Of a stretch of 32,000 bases of DNA, positions 16,955-25,461 are shown one piece after another; positions within the stretch are counted from its first letter, which is position 1, and the number at the start of each line of letters is the position of its first letter. The stretch lies in the NCBI GenBank assembly GCA_964480435.1, contig CAYZSS010000003.1, positions 18,527 to 50,526 on the forward strand, given 5' to 3'. Both the position numbers and the translations under genes were made by a program. The notes under the pieces were generated by a model. The model had not been told where the DNA came from, did not search any database, and saw only the letters and a list, made by a program, of their open reading frames with translations. Source of the stretch: an uncultured archaeon (lineage in GTDB: Archaea > Iainarchaeota > Iainarchaeia > Iainarchaeales > 0-14-0-20-30-16).

Positions 16955-18766
16955 TTTTTTATTAAAAAAACTTTCAATTAATTTTTCTGACATTTCTAAT
17001 CTTGGTTTTAAATCATCTGGAAGCAAAGCTTGATATTTTGACCAAGTATATCTTTGATCAATTAATACAATAAAACCTCTGTCTTCATTTGTTCTTATAC
17101 ACCTTCCTGTTGCCTGTATTACCTTGGAAAATGTGGGATAAGTATAAGCATAATTCCAACCATTTGCAAACTTTTCATCATAATACTTTATTGCTTCTTT
17201 TATTTCTAAGGTTGGCTCCGGGAATGGAATCCCCAAAATAAAAACACCTATTAACTGTTCTCCGGGAAAGTCTAGGCCCTCTGAAAATGAACCGCCTAAG
17301 ACTCCTAATAAAACAGAACCCAAACCTTTTGATTTTTTAAATTCATCAATCATTTTTTTTGATTTTTGTGTATTTTTATCCTGTAAGTAAACTTTTTTTG
17401 CTGTTTTTTCAGAAAGCAGGTTGTAGAATTCAGATGCCAGTCTGTGGGATGGCAAAAATATTGCAATATTTCCCATTGTGTTATTAATTACTTTTGCAAT
17501 TTTTTCAGTTACTTTTTCTAGATCCGCACTATTTCTTAGTTCGTATTTTGTGCTAAAAGAATCATCGTACATTACTAACTTGTTTTCTTTTGGAAATGGG
17601 TTTTTATAAGTAAATATTTTTGTATCTCTGGGGAGTCCCAAAATATCAGAATACATTTTTTGCGGGGTTAAAGTTCCAGACATTAATATCGCTGAATCTA
17701 CTTTTTTGAATATGTTTTTTGTGACTACAGCAGGGTCAAGATATTTTATAAAAATACTTAATTCTCCGTCCTCCCCACTTTTTATTATTCTTATTGTAGA
17801 TTTGTTTTCTTCAAACCAACTGGAAAAAAAAGTATAAATATATGGCAAGATTATGTTTTCGTTTTCGAAATTCTTTTCTAAAGTTTTTATGTGCTCTGGC
17901 TCTAAAGCAGGAAAATCTTTGTACCCGTTCTCAAAAATAGTTTTTAAAAAATCAGTATCTACCAGTAATTCGCGTTCACCCTTTTTTTCTTTTATAAGGA
18001 GAAGCAACTGTTTTAGTTTTTCTGCTAAATAAGAAAAATCCCCTTCTTCAATTTTTTCTAATTCTTTTATCCCTTCTGAAATTAATTTTTTATTTATGAA
18101 CTGGGATAAGTTTGATTTAATTCTTTCGCCAAGGTTGTGGGCTTCATCTATAATCAAAATTGCCTCTTCTAATTCTTTTTCAGACCTCAACATGAATGTT
18201 TGCATTACTTTTGGGCTAAAAAGATAGTTATAATCACAAATTACTAAATTTGCCCTTTTTGTTAATTCAATTGCAAGTTCATATGGGCAAACATTGTTTG
18301 ATATCCCAAAATCTAAAATTGTTTCCGCGCTGAGAACATTTTCTAAATGGATTTGTTTGTTGTAATTTTTATTTTTAAAATTTTTAAAAGCTTTACAAGT
18401 TCCGCTTTTTAACTTACTTTCACAAAATTCGTAAAATCCTTTTGAATTATTATAATTTGGTATCTCTGAGCACATTTTCTGCTTACCTAATATATTTACT
18501 GCTTTCAATTCTAAGCCGTATTTTTTGTTAATATCCTCAACAACTTCCAGTGCTAATTTGTGCTGCGTTGTTTTTGGAGTTAGATAAAAAACGGTTTTCT
18601 TTCCTGCTAGACTTAATGCTGATGATAAGACTGCGTCAGTTTTCCCTAAACCAGTGGGTGCTTCAAATAGCCCAATTTTTGATTCGTTTATTGTGCTACA
18701 AACATCTTTGATAAGAGAATCCTGTTCTTCTCGGTAAGATCCGTGTCTAAAATAAATTTTTGTCAT
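16949..18766 (-). CDS. xpd: XPD/Rad3-family (DinG-like) 5'-3' DNA helicase with an FeS-cluster Cys motif
   Basis: 605 aa. It carries FEAPTGLGKTDAVL (Walker A), IIDEAHNL (DEAH box) and four Cys in the FeS-domain position (KMCSE.. EFCES.. GTCKAF.. NVCPYE). The C-terminal helicase motif is ATGRCIRTNEDRG. Confidence 0.85.
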   Translation of the reverse strand: MTKIYFRHGSYREEQDSLIKDVCSTINESKIGLFEAPTGLGKTDAVLSSALSLAGKKTVFYLTPKTTQHKLALEVVEDINKKYGLELKAVNILGKQKMCSEIPNYNNSKGFYEFCESKLKSGTCKAFKNFKNKNYNKQIHLENVLSAETILDFGISNNVCPYELAIELTKRANLVICDYNYLFSPKVMQTFMLRSEKELEEAILIIDEAHNLGERIKSNLSQFINKKLISEGIKELEKIEEGDFSYLAEKLKQLLLLIKEKKGERELLVDTDFLKTIFENGYKDFPALEPEHIKTLEKNFENENIILPYIYTFFSSWFEENKSTIRIIKSGEDGELSIFIKYLDPAVVTKNIFKKVDSAILMSGTLTPQKMYSDILGLPRDTKIFTYKNPFPKENKLVMYDDSFSTKYELRNSADLEKVTEKIAKVINNTMGNIAIFLPSHRLASEFYNLLSEKTAKKVYLQDKNTQKSKKMIDEFKKSKGLGSVLLGVLGGSFSEGLDFPGEQLIGVFILGIPFPEPTLEIKEAIKYYDEKFANGWNYAYTYPTFSKVIQATGRCIRTNEDRGFIVLIDQRYTWSKYQALLPDDLKPRLEMSEKLIESFFNKKS

Positions 18767-18816
18767 GTGAAACCTATATAAATATACTCTTTTTATATAT
18801 ATTGTCTTGTTTTTGG

Positions 18817-19392
18817 ATGATAGATATGGTAATGGGTAATTTGGATCGTAGAGCTGTTAGGCAAATAAAAGCTCCAGAAAAACGAAAATATTCTTTTTTT
18901 ATTAGGACAATTGATAAAACGTCTTCACATAACTTGGGGCGTGTACAAAACGAATTATTATCAGCATATAAGACAGGAGAAATAAAAAAAACTGAATATC
19001 TCTCTCTTGTGAAGAAAATAAAATTAAAGGTCGAAGATTCTAAAACAACAAAAAAAGAAGAAGTAGCAGTTAAGAAAGAAGAAAAAACTAAAGATACAGG
19101 GCGTTATTTTGCAAATGTTTCAGCAGAAAAAAAGGTTTCTGAAGCTAAAGAAAGCGAAGCAAGACCTGTTGCGGAGTCTCCAAAAAAAGAGGGGCTCTTG
19201 TCTAGCTTATTGTCCAATGTTAACATGAGAACTGGTTTTTTTGTTATTGCCATGTTTGGTTTGTTGTTTATTGTAACCAAAGGCGTGTTATCATCAAAAG
19301 GAGACGGAGACTTGTTGATATTTGGAATTGTATTAGTAGGATTATTAGTAATAATTAGTTCATCAGGCTCAAAAAAAGAGGCTGATTTTTGA
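18817..19392 (+). CDS. Hypothetical Lys/Glu-rich protein anchored by a C-terminal two-helix hairpin
   Basis: The track ORF starts at 18760; I prefer ATG 18817, with TATA-like TTTTATATATATT at 18791-18803. The charged N-terminal ~140 aa are followed by FFVIAMFGLLFIVTKGVL and LLIFGIVLVGLLVIISS. Confidence 0.55.
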   Translation: MIDMVMGNLDRRAVRQIKAPEKRKYSFFIRTIDKTSSHNLGRVQNELLSAYKTGEIKKTEYLSLVKKIKLKVEDSKTTKKEEVAVKKEEKTKDTGRYFANVSAEKKVSEAKESEARPVAESPKKEGLLSSLLSNVNMRTGFFVIAMFGLLFIVTKGVLSSKGDGDLLIFGIVLVGLLVIISSSGSKKEADF

Positions 19393-19421
19393 TTCTTTGA
19401 CTTAAAGAATAAGGAAATAAA

Positions 19422-19529
19422 TAAAAAGGGTATTAGATATAAGTTATATGTAGGTGTTTTTTATGGCTGTTGTAAGGAGAAAACCAATTAGGGATAATGT
19501 TGCTGAACCGGTAAAAAGGGTATTAGATA
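19422..19529. repeat. 18-bp perfect direct repeat TAAAAAGGGTATTAGATA bracketing the start of the giant ORF
   Basis: The copies lie at 19422-19439 (upstream of the start codon) and 19512-19529 (inside the ORF, encoding VKRVLDK), offset by exactly 90 bp. Confidence 0.85.
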
Positions 19530-22500
19530 AAAACTCAGTCGTAAAGCCAAAGAGAACAATTGGTGAAGAACGTACAGGTTTTGCAAAGGTGCATAAGGTC
19601 CGTAAATTACCACCTGGAAGAGAAATTAAAAAAGTAAAACAGCTATTAGAAACAAGAAACACAATCAGTAGTTATCATGAAAGATTAGAGAGATTGCCTC
19701 TCCCTAAGTTAGGAGAAGAATTAGCAAAAATTATAAAAAAATTAAAAACTTTAAGAAGAGATCTAACAAGATTAAAACCAAAGGATAAACGAAGAACAGG
19801 CTTAGAAATTCAAATAAAGGGTTTAACCCAAACAGAGCAAATAATTAGGTCTTTGGCAGATAAAATTGTTGCTGATAAAACAGAAAGAATAGAACAAGAG
19901 AAACTTGCAAAAATTGGTAGGGATCTGAAAGCTCAAGAAGTAAAATTGAGCTCTAAAGAGAAAAGTTTAGAGGAAAAATTTACTAATTTTAGACTGGAAT
20001 ACAGATATGGTGTAAGTGTTAAAAATGCACAGATATTATTAGACATAGTAAGTAAAATTGAAGCCCTAATGGGATCTAAAGATTTAAAACAAATGTCTAC
20101 AGAGTATATAACAAAATTATCTGTTTTGAAAGATGAAATTGAACGTGAATTGTCTGGTTTAGAACCTGAAGAAGAAAGAAGAGAGCCTTCAGAGGGAAAA
20201 CAAATTACTTCCGCAGAAAGAGAAGCTTTGGTTTTAGAGAAAAGATATTCAAAAGCATCACTTGATAAAGTAGTAGAAATATTTATTTCTGCTTTGAAAG
20301 ACCCTAAAAAAAATATATTTATACTTGAAAAATTTGGACGTCTAATTGGAACAAGAGCAAATACTATATTTACTTTAATTATGACGAATAATAGGTTAAC
20401 TCCCGCAAATAAAAGAAAAGAATTAATTGTTTTAAGCTCTCAAGTAGAAGATGCAATATCTCGAATATCTTTTTCTAGTAAAGGGTCTCCTTATGCTGCA
20501 AATCCAGTTAATGTTTTAATGGCTCTTGTAGAGCCAATAAGAAGAGAAATTGCAAAAATAGAGCCTGAGCAACAAGGGCAAGCAGCAAAATTACAAGCTG
20601 TAGTTGCACGGGAAAGGGATTTGCAAGAAGGACACGAGTTAGAAGATAAAATTAAAGCTTTATTAGCTGGGTTAGGAAAGGAGCCAGCATTAATGAGACA
20701 AATTAGAGCGGAATATGCTCGTTTGTTAGGATCTGGACCAGGTAAGGGGCCAGCATATTTAAAATTAAAACTTAGAGAATTGCAAGAACAAAAACTGTTA
20801 CCTCCTGGAACTCCAAAAGATCAAAAGCTATTAAGGGCCCCAACTCCTGAAGAAGAGTTGATGGAGTTTGGTAGAAGAAAAGAGCTGGCGGAACGTGATA
20901 GAAGAAAAGAATTGGAGTTACAAGCTAGAAGAGACAAAAACACAAGAATAATATTAAATAGACTTAAAGAATTAACAGATGAAGTAAGGGATGTAAAAAA
21001 AACACTTTACCAGTTAGTGGGTTTGCAAAAAAACCTTGCGGATTTGATTAGAACAAGAGGCGGAAGTTTAGAAATAAATATTACTGAAATAAGAGTGCAG
21101 ATGCTTGGACTTAGTGTTAATGGCGGGTTGTCTAAAAGAGTGGGGGATATTTTAGCAAGAATCTTATCAGAAATTGAAAAAAACCACGGGGCAACAAAAG
21201 AAGACCTAAGGGTATTAACTGAAATTTCAAAAGGCCTTGACAGAAAAGCAGAAGAAAGTCTAGGAAGAATAAAAGGTCTTGAAACAACTGTTAAAGCTAT
21301 TGCTGAGGATATATCAAAGAATCGTGAAGAACTGTCTGAAATGGGCAGAGGTCTTAAAGAACAACTTGATGAAATAATGGCTGAAATAAGAAACACAAAA
21401 AAGGAACCTCCAGTAGTAGGGGATTTTGAAAAAATATCTAATAGATTAGATATTATTATTTCACAAGTGGGTGAAAATACAGACCTGATAACCAGCATGG
21501 CGGGATTACAGAAAAGCCTTGAAGATGTGATAAAATCAAATAAGTCTGATTTAAAGGATGTTAAAGAAGCCTTGGCAAATATGAAAACACTAATAAATGA
21601 CTCTGAAGATAGGTTGTCAGAAGAATTTACAAGTGCTATGCAAGTAATTTCTGGTCAAATAAATGGGCTTGTTGAAACATCTGAGGAAGGACATAGATTA
21701 ACAAGAGGACAACTTACCTTTCTTGCAACAGTAACAAGAGATCTTAAAAATAGAGTAAGTGAAGGTTTAGTTGCTATTGATAAACTAAAAGATGAAGTAA
21801 AAGGTATGTCTGGCTCTGTTAAGGCATTAGAATCAGCCTCAGGTGAAAGGCATAAAGATATAACTGCAAAAATGGATAGAATTATGCGGGATATTGAAGA
21901 TGCAAGAAATGACATAGGTACAGATGTAGGTAATATTGTTGATGCAAGATTACATGAAATAAAAGAGGGTATAAGAACTTTAAATGATCATTCTGCAAGA
22001 GTTTTAGATCGTCTTGGTATGCTTAATGGTACTTTCTTATCTTTGGAACATTTTGATAAAGTTGTTACTGAGTCAATGGGAGAATTACGTGAAGGAATTA
22101 CCGTTGGTTATGATCAAATTGTTTTAGAAATAAAAGAGGCAGCAGAGAAAGTTATTGCTGAAGTAGGAAAGAAAGATCCTGAATTTGTAAAGAATCTGGA
22201 AAATAAATTAACGTCTTTAGAAGAAATGTCTATGCAAAATAGAGAAGATATTTTGAAAGTGCTTTCTGATATGCACGACTCAAGCACAGAAAGATTAGAT
22301 AGAATAGAAACACAAGTAATGCAATCAAGAGAAGACATACTAACAGTATTATCTGATATTACAAAAGGAACAGAAGCGGATAGGGAAATAAAAGTCTTGG
22401 CTGAGAAAATAAAAGAAATAGTAGAAACAAGGGGTGCCAAGGATACTTCTGTAATAGATGCAATAGAAAAAATTGCAGAAAGATTGGAAAATATTGACAA

Positions 22501-23362
22501 TAAACTTGACGCAAATAATAAAGTAATTGCTGATATTTTAAGAAAAGTAATTCAAGAAGAACTTGGAGAAAGACTTGTAAGAATGGAAGGTAAACTTGAT
22601 GCTCTTACAGCCGAAGGAGCAAAAAAGAGAGACACAGATAAATTAAGTAACCAAATTGATGAATTAAAACAAATGATTGCTGAAATGGGTCGTCGTGGCC
22701 CTGGAGAAAATCCGCCTGGAGGAAATGGTTCTGGGCAAGGTGGCGCAGGCTGGACTTATGGCCCTGGCGGATGGGTAAATAACAATAATAATAACAATAA
22801 TATCTTTGGTGGTGCAGGCGGACCAAATGGACCTGGTGGCCAGGGAGATGGTGGAAGACCTCGAGGACCTGGAGAAGATGGTGGTTCAGATGGTGGAGAT
22901 GAAACACCGAGAGGGCCAAGAGGAGAGGGCGGCTCTGATGGGGGGGATGAAACACCAAAAGGACCAGGTGGTAAGGATGTGCCTGAACCAGGAAATGATG
23001 ATGCTGGAAAGAAAGCTGCAGAGGATGCAAAGAAAGCAAAAGAAGCAGCTGAAAAAGCAGCAAAAGATGCTGCAGCAGCAGGCTCAAAAGAAAAGGCATT
23101 TAGCAAAGTAGCTGGCTGGGGGTTCGGGCTTGCTATTCCTGGGGCTCTAATAATGGTTTTATTATTTGTGCTATCTAGAATCTTTGGAAAAGGAACAACC
23201 TCAACAATAAGTACTGTAAAAACAGCTACAGTGCCTATAATGCCTATTACTGGGTCTGCGGCAAGTGCTGGAGGCGGTTTATTACCTTCTGGGTTTATGA
23301 CCCCGTTAATAATAATCGTTGTTCTTATAGCATTATTTATGCTATTTCCAAAAAGTAAGTAA
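19463..23362 (+). CDS. Giant (~1300 aa) coiled-coil protein with a basic N-terminus, a Gly/Pro/Asn low-complexity module and a C-terminal two-TM hairpin anchor
   Basis: The track ORF starts at GTG 19454; ATG 19463 has AGGTG 8 nt upstream. There is no N-terminal signal peptide. More than 1100 aa are heptad-like and rich in E, K, L and I. The tail carries WGFGLAIPGALIMVLLFVLSRIF and FMTPLIIIVVLIALFMLFP. It is the longest ORF in the window in AT-rich DNA. Confidence 0.8.
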   Translation: MAVVRRKPIRDNVAEPVKRVLDKNSVVKPKRTIGEERTGFAKVHKVRKLPPGREIKKVKQLLETRNTISSYHERLERLPLPKLGEELAKIIKKLKTLRRDLTRLKPKDKRRTGLEIQIKGLTQTEQIIRSLADKIVADKTERIEQEKLAKIGRDLKAQEVKLSSKEKSLEEKFTNFRLEYRYGVSVKNAQILLDIVSKIEALMGSKDLKQMSTEYITKLSVLKDEIERELSGLEPEEERREPSEGKQITSAEREALVLEKRYSKASLDKVVEIFISALKDPKKNIFILEKFGRLIGTRANTIFTLIMTNNRLTPANKRKELIVLSSQVEDAISRISFSSKGSPYAANPVNVLMALVEPIRREIAKIEPEQQGQAAKLQAVVARERDLQEGHELEDKIKALLAGLGKEPALMRQIRAEYARLLGSGPGKGPAYLKLKLRELQEQKLLPPGTPKDQKLLRAPTPEEELMEFGRRKELAERDRRKELELQARRDKNTRIILNRLKELTDEVRDVKKTLYQLVGLQKNLADLIRTRGGSLEINITEIRVQMLGLSVNGGLSKRVGDILARILSEIEKNHGATKEDLRVLTEISKGLDRKAEESLGRIKGLETTVKAIAEDISKNREELSEMGRGLKEQLDEIMAEIRNTKKEPPVVGDFEKISNRLDIIISQVGENTDLITSMAGLQKSLEDVIKSNKSDLKDVKEALANMKTLINDSEDRLSEEFTSAMQVISGQINGLVETSEEGHRLTRGQLTFLATVTRDLKNRVSEGLVAIDKLKDEVKGMSGSVKALESASGERHKDITAKMDRIMRDIEDARNDIGTDVGNIVDARLHEIKEGIRTLNDHSARVLDRLGMLNGTFLSLEHFDKVVTESMGELREGITVGYDQIVLEIKEAAEKVIAEVGKKDPEFVKNLENKLTSLEEMSMQNREDILKVLSDMHDSSTERLDRIETQVMQSREDILTVLSDITKGTEADREIKVLAEKIKEIVETRGAKDTSVIDAIEKIAERLENIDNKLDANNKVIADILRKVIQEELGERLVRMEGKLDALTAEGAKKRDTDKLSNQIDELKQMIAEMGRRGPGENPPGGNGSGQGGAGWTYGPGGWVNNNNNNNNIFGGAGGPNGPGGQGDGGRPRGPGEDGGSDGGDETPRGPRGEGGSDGGDETPKGPGGKDVPEPGNDDAGKKAAEDAKKAKEAAEKAAKDAAAAGSKEKAFSKVAGWGFGLAIPGALIMVLLFVLSRIFGKGTTSTISTVKTATVPIMPITGSAASAGGGLLPSGFMTPLIIIVVLIALFMLFPKSK
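22871..22969 (+). repeat. In-frame tandem repeat (51 + 48 nt) encoding GE(D/G)GGSDGGDETP(R/K)GP twice
   Basis: GGAGAAGATGGTGGTTCAGATGGTGGAGATGAAACACCGAGAGGGCCAAGA is followed by GGAGAGGGCGGCTCTGATGGGGGGGATGAAACACCAAAAGGACCAGGT. An (AAT/AAC)8 poly-Asn run lies at 22778-22801. Confidence 0.85.
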
Positions 23363-23390
23363 AAGGGTTTTTTCCCTTATCTTTTTTTAT
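23363..23390. terminator. Possible bidirectional terminator between convergent genes (AAGGG-TTTTTT-CCCTT hairpin plus T-tract)
   Basis: The 5-bp stem at 23363-23378 is followed by CTTTTTTT. It sits in the 32-nt gap between the giant ORF stop (23362) and the rnp4 stop (23395). Confidence 0.35.
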
Positions 23391-23394
23391 ATTT

Positions 23395-23721
23395 TTAATT
23401 CTTTTTATAGTTTAGAATTGTTGAATTACCACAATAACTACAAATTATTTTTTTTTGTACTAAGTCTTTTCCATTTTTTTTGATACTCTTTATTCTTATT
23501 TTAGGAGGTTCTAGCCTGAATACTGAAAAACAGTTTTTGCAAAATATTTCTTTTTGCTCTTTTTTAAGCCTAATATTATACCTTAAGCAAATAGCACGTA
23601 TTAGTCTTGCGCAGTTTTTTGAAAAAAGAGGGTCCTTAGTATTATTCAATTGTGCGAACAGATATAGGATTCGTTCTTCTGCCACCTTTTTGTATTCTGA
23701 TTTGGTTCCTTTTGACCCCAT
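23395..23721 (-). CDS. rnp4: RNase P protein component 4 (Rpp21/Rpr2/Rnp4)
   Basis: 108 aa. The helical N-terminus is AEERILYLFAQL ... LIRAICLRYNIRL. The zinc ribbon is CKNCFSVF ... CSYCGN. Confidence 0.8.
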   Translation of the reverse strand: MGSKGTKSEYKKVAEERILYLFAQLNNTKDPLFSKNCARLIRAICLRYNIRLKKEQKEIFCKNCFSVFRLEPPKIRIKSIKKNGKDLVQKKIICSYCGNSTILNYKKN

Positions 23722-23776
23722 AGTATATACAAATTAGATAAAAAGATATAAAAATAGTTCTCTCTTTAGTTATATT

Positions 23777-24976
23777 ATGAATTTTAAGTTATTATTTGTG
23801 TTATTTTTGTTAGTTTTGCCCCTTTCGTTTTCTAGCCTTATTGGGCAATCGTATCTTCTTTCTGATATGAATTCTTTTAAGGGAGATATAGAAAATAACT
23901 ATTCTTGTAGTACATTTTCTCTCTCTGAAACTGATTTTGCTGCTTTAAAAAATAGTGAAGGGATACTAGCATTAGACCTGTATTTTAAGTTTACCCCTGA
24001 AATAAGTAGTAATTCTTATCTACAAATATATGTTAATGGGGATTTAATTAAATTTAAGACAAAAGTAGGATTAAAATCAGATAAATATGTTATTTTTGAA
24101 GATTTCCAGAGCGGTAGGGATGTAATCTTTTTAGAAGATTATAGAGATCAGAATAAACTAGATCTAAATATTTGTGGTTATGTTTCTGGCTCAGTATATG
24201 AATTAGAAATGCTAAATAACTCTTCTGTAGGGTCTTTTAAAATGCCCTATTTTTCTTGTAAAGGCTGCTTTTCTAAATCCCTGGATAATGATCAATTTTT
24301 AGTTGATGACATAGTTAAAACAAATCTATTTTTACTTAATAAGGGGTTTGACTCTGTGAATACCTATGTAAAATATAATTTTTTTGATGTAAACACAGAA
24401 ACAAAAATGCTTGGGGGAGAAGTATTTTTTAATGGCCTTATTGAAGCTAATAAAGATAAAACAATAACTTACTATTTTAAGTCAAAAACAGATAAATATT
24501 TTCTAATTCCTCCTGCAAGTTTAGAATATTTTTATGATGGTTTTAAGTTCCGAGAACTTTCAAACCCTATAGTGGCAAATGCAAAAAACTATTTGGATGA
24601 TATTGATTGTGAATTAGCCTCAGATAAAATAGAATATGTTGCAAAAGATGATGTGAAAATAACCGTAAGTTGTTATAATAAATCTGCAGAAAGTAAGGTA
24701 TTTAATTTAGCAGTTAAGATAAATGATACTAACCTTATTAATTCAGATGTAGTAATAGATAGCAAAAAACTGGCTGAATTTACTGCGTCTTATAGTTTTG
24801 AAGATTTTGAGAAAAAATCAGCATGCGGGCAAATTTCTTTTAACGATGAAATAAAGGACTTGGGGTGCTATAATTTTTATTTCTCTGAGAGTAGCAGTAA
24901 CTATACGTACTACCTAGTTGGATTTATATTTTTAATAATTGTAGGGATATTTATTTATTATTGGCTTTTCCTATAA
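23777..24976 (+). CDS. Secreted surface protein with an N-terminal signal peptide and a C-terminal TM anchor
   Basis: 399 aa. The signal is MNFKLLFVLFLLVLPLSFSS, the body is beta-rich and Cys-containing, and the C-terminus is YYLVGFIFLIIVGIFIYYWLF. I cannot assign a family. Confidence 0.6.
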   Translation: MNFKLLFVLFLLVLPLSFSSLIGQSYLLSDMNSFKGDIENNYSCSTFSLSETDFAALKNSEGILALDLYFKFTPEISSNSYLQIYVNGDLIKFKTKVGLKSDKYVIFEDFQSGRDVIFLEDYRDQNKLDLNICGYVSGSVYELEMLNNSSVGSFKMPYFSCKGCFSKSLDNDQFLVDDIVKTNLFLLNKGFDSVNTYVKYNFFDVNTETKMLGGEVFFNGLIEANKDKTITYYFKSKTDKYFLIPPASLEYFYDGFKFRELSNPIVANAKNYLDDIDCELASDKIEYVAKDDVKITVSCYNKSAESKVFNLAVKINDTNLINSDVVIDSKKLAEFTASYSFEDFEKKSACGQISFNDEIKDLGCYNFYFSESSSNYTYYLVGFIFLIIVGIFIYYWLFL

Positions 24977-25400
24977 TTCTTATTATTTTTTTTATGTTTT
25001 CTTTGATATTTTCTGATACTTCAATTGTGTAAACTGTTTTGTAAAATTTATTCAATTTCTTCTCAAAATAATTGATTTCCTTGCAAAATAAATTTTCTTC
25101 AATTTTTTCAGGAGAATATTTTCTTTTTTTATAAAGCAGTCTTAATTCTTTTTCTTGCCTTGTTAATAAAAAAATAAAGTCGGATTTAATTTTATATTCG
25201 CAAAATATGTGCCCTTCTAAAATCCAGCTATCTTTATTGTTTAATTCTTTTTCAGTTTTTTTCTTTAATGAACTGATATCCACTTCTTTTGCTTTGGTGA
25301 AGCTTTTTACAGTATATAAAGGACTTTTTAATATTTTTTCAAGTTCTTTTGCGATAGTTGTCTTTCCAGTTCCTGGCAATCCAGTAATGATTATTTGCAT
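24951..25400 (-). CDS. Small P-loop NTPase, adenylate kinase / Fap7-like
   Basis: 149 aa beginning MQIIITGLPGTGKTTIAKELEKIL. It overlaps the convergent neighbour by 26 nt. The exact kinase subfamily is unresolved. Confidence 0.6.
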   Translation of the reverse strand: MQIIITGLPGTGKTTIAKELEKILKSPLYTVKSFTKAKEVDISSLKKKTEKELNNKDSWILEGHIFCEYKIKSDFIFLLTRQEKELRLLYKKRKYSPEKIEENLFCKEINYFEKKLNKFYKTVYTIEVSENIKENIKKIIRIIGKANNK

Positions 25401-25461
25401 ATAAATCTACTTTTGCCTTTGTATATATAAACTTATATATCTTTCTACATAATAATTCAAT

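Noticed and set aside
21007-22500. Three minus-strand ORFs (86-163 aa) inside the giant gene
   Set aside because: They are antisense to a 1300-codon ORF. Their Ser/Ile/Phe/Leu-rich translations mirror the Glu/Lys/Asp-rich sense frame.
22605-23111. Three mutually overlapping ORFs (101-164 aa) on both strands
   Set aside because: They fall in the GC-rich Gly/Pro-coding segment, where stop codons are rare in all frames. Their translations are low-complexity (poly-Leu/His/Gln, poly-Pro/Ser), so they are artefacts of composition.
22690-23130. The GC-rich segment as a horizontally acquired island
   Set aside because: The compositional jump is fully explained by Gly (GGN), Pro (CCN) and Ala (GCN) codons within one continuous reading frame. 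There are no flanking repeats or mobility genes.
23616-23629. A further copy of TTTTTTGAAAAAAG, the core of the tRNA-Asp flanking palindrome
   Set aside because: It lies inside the rnp4 coding sequence, where it encodes LFSKN on the minus strand. It lacks the flanking ACTTGCC/GG of the 24-mer, so it is probably a coincidence in AT-rich DNA.
23777-24976. BcsB-like (cellulose synthase subunit B) annotation based on LALDLYFKFTPEISSNSYLQIYVNGDLI
   Set aside because: The resemblance is to a short motif only. No glycosyltransferase gene is nearby, so I kept it as a generic anchored surface protein.
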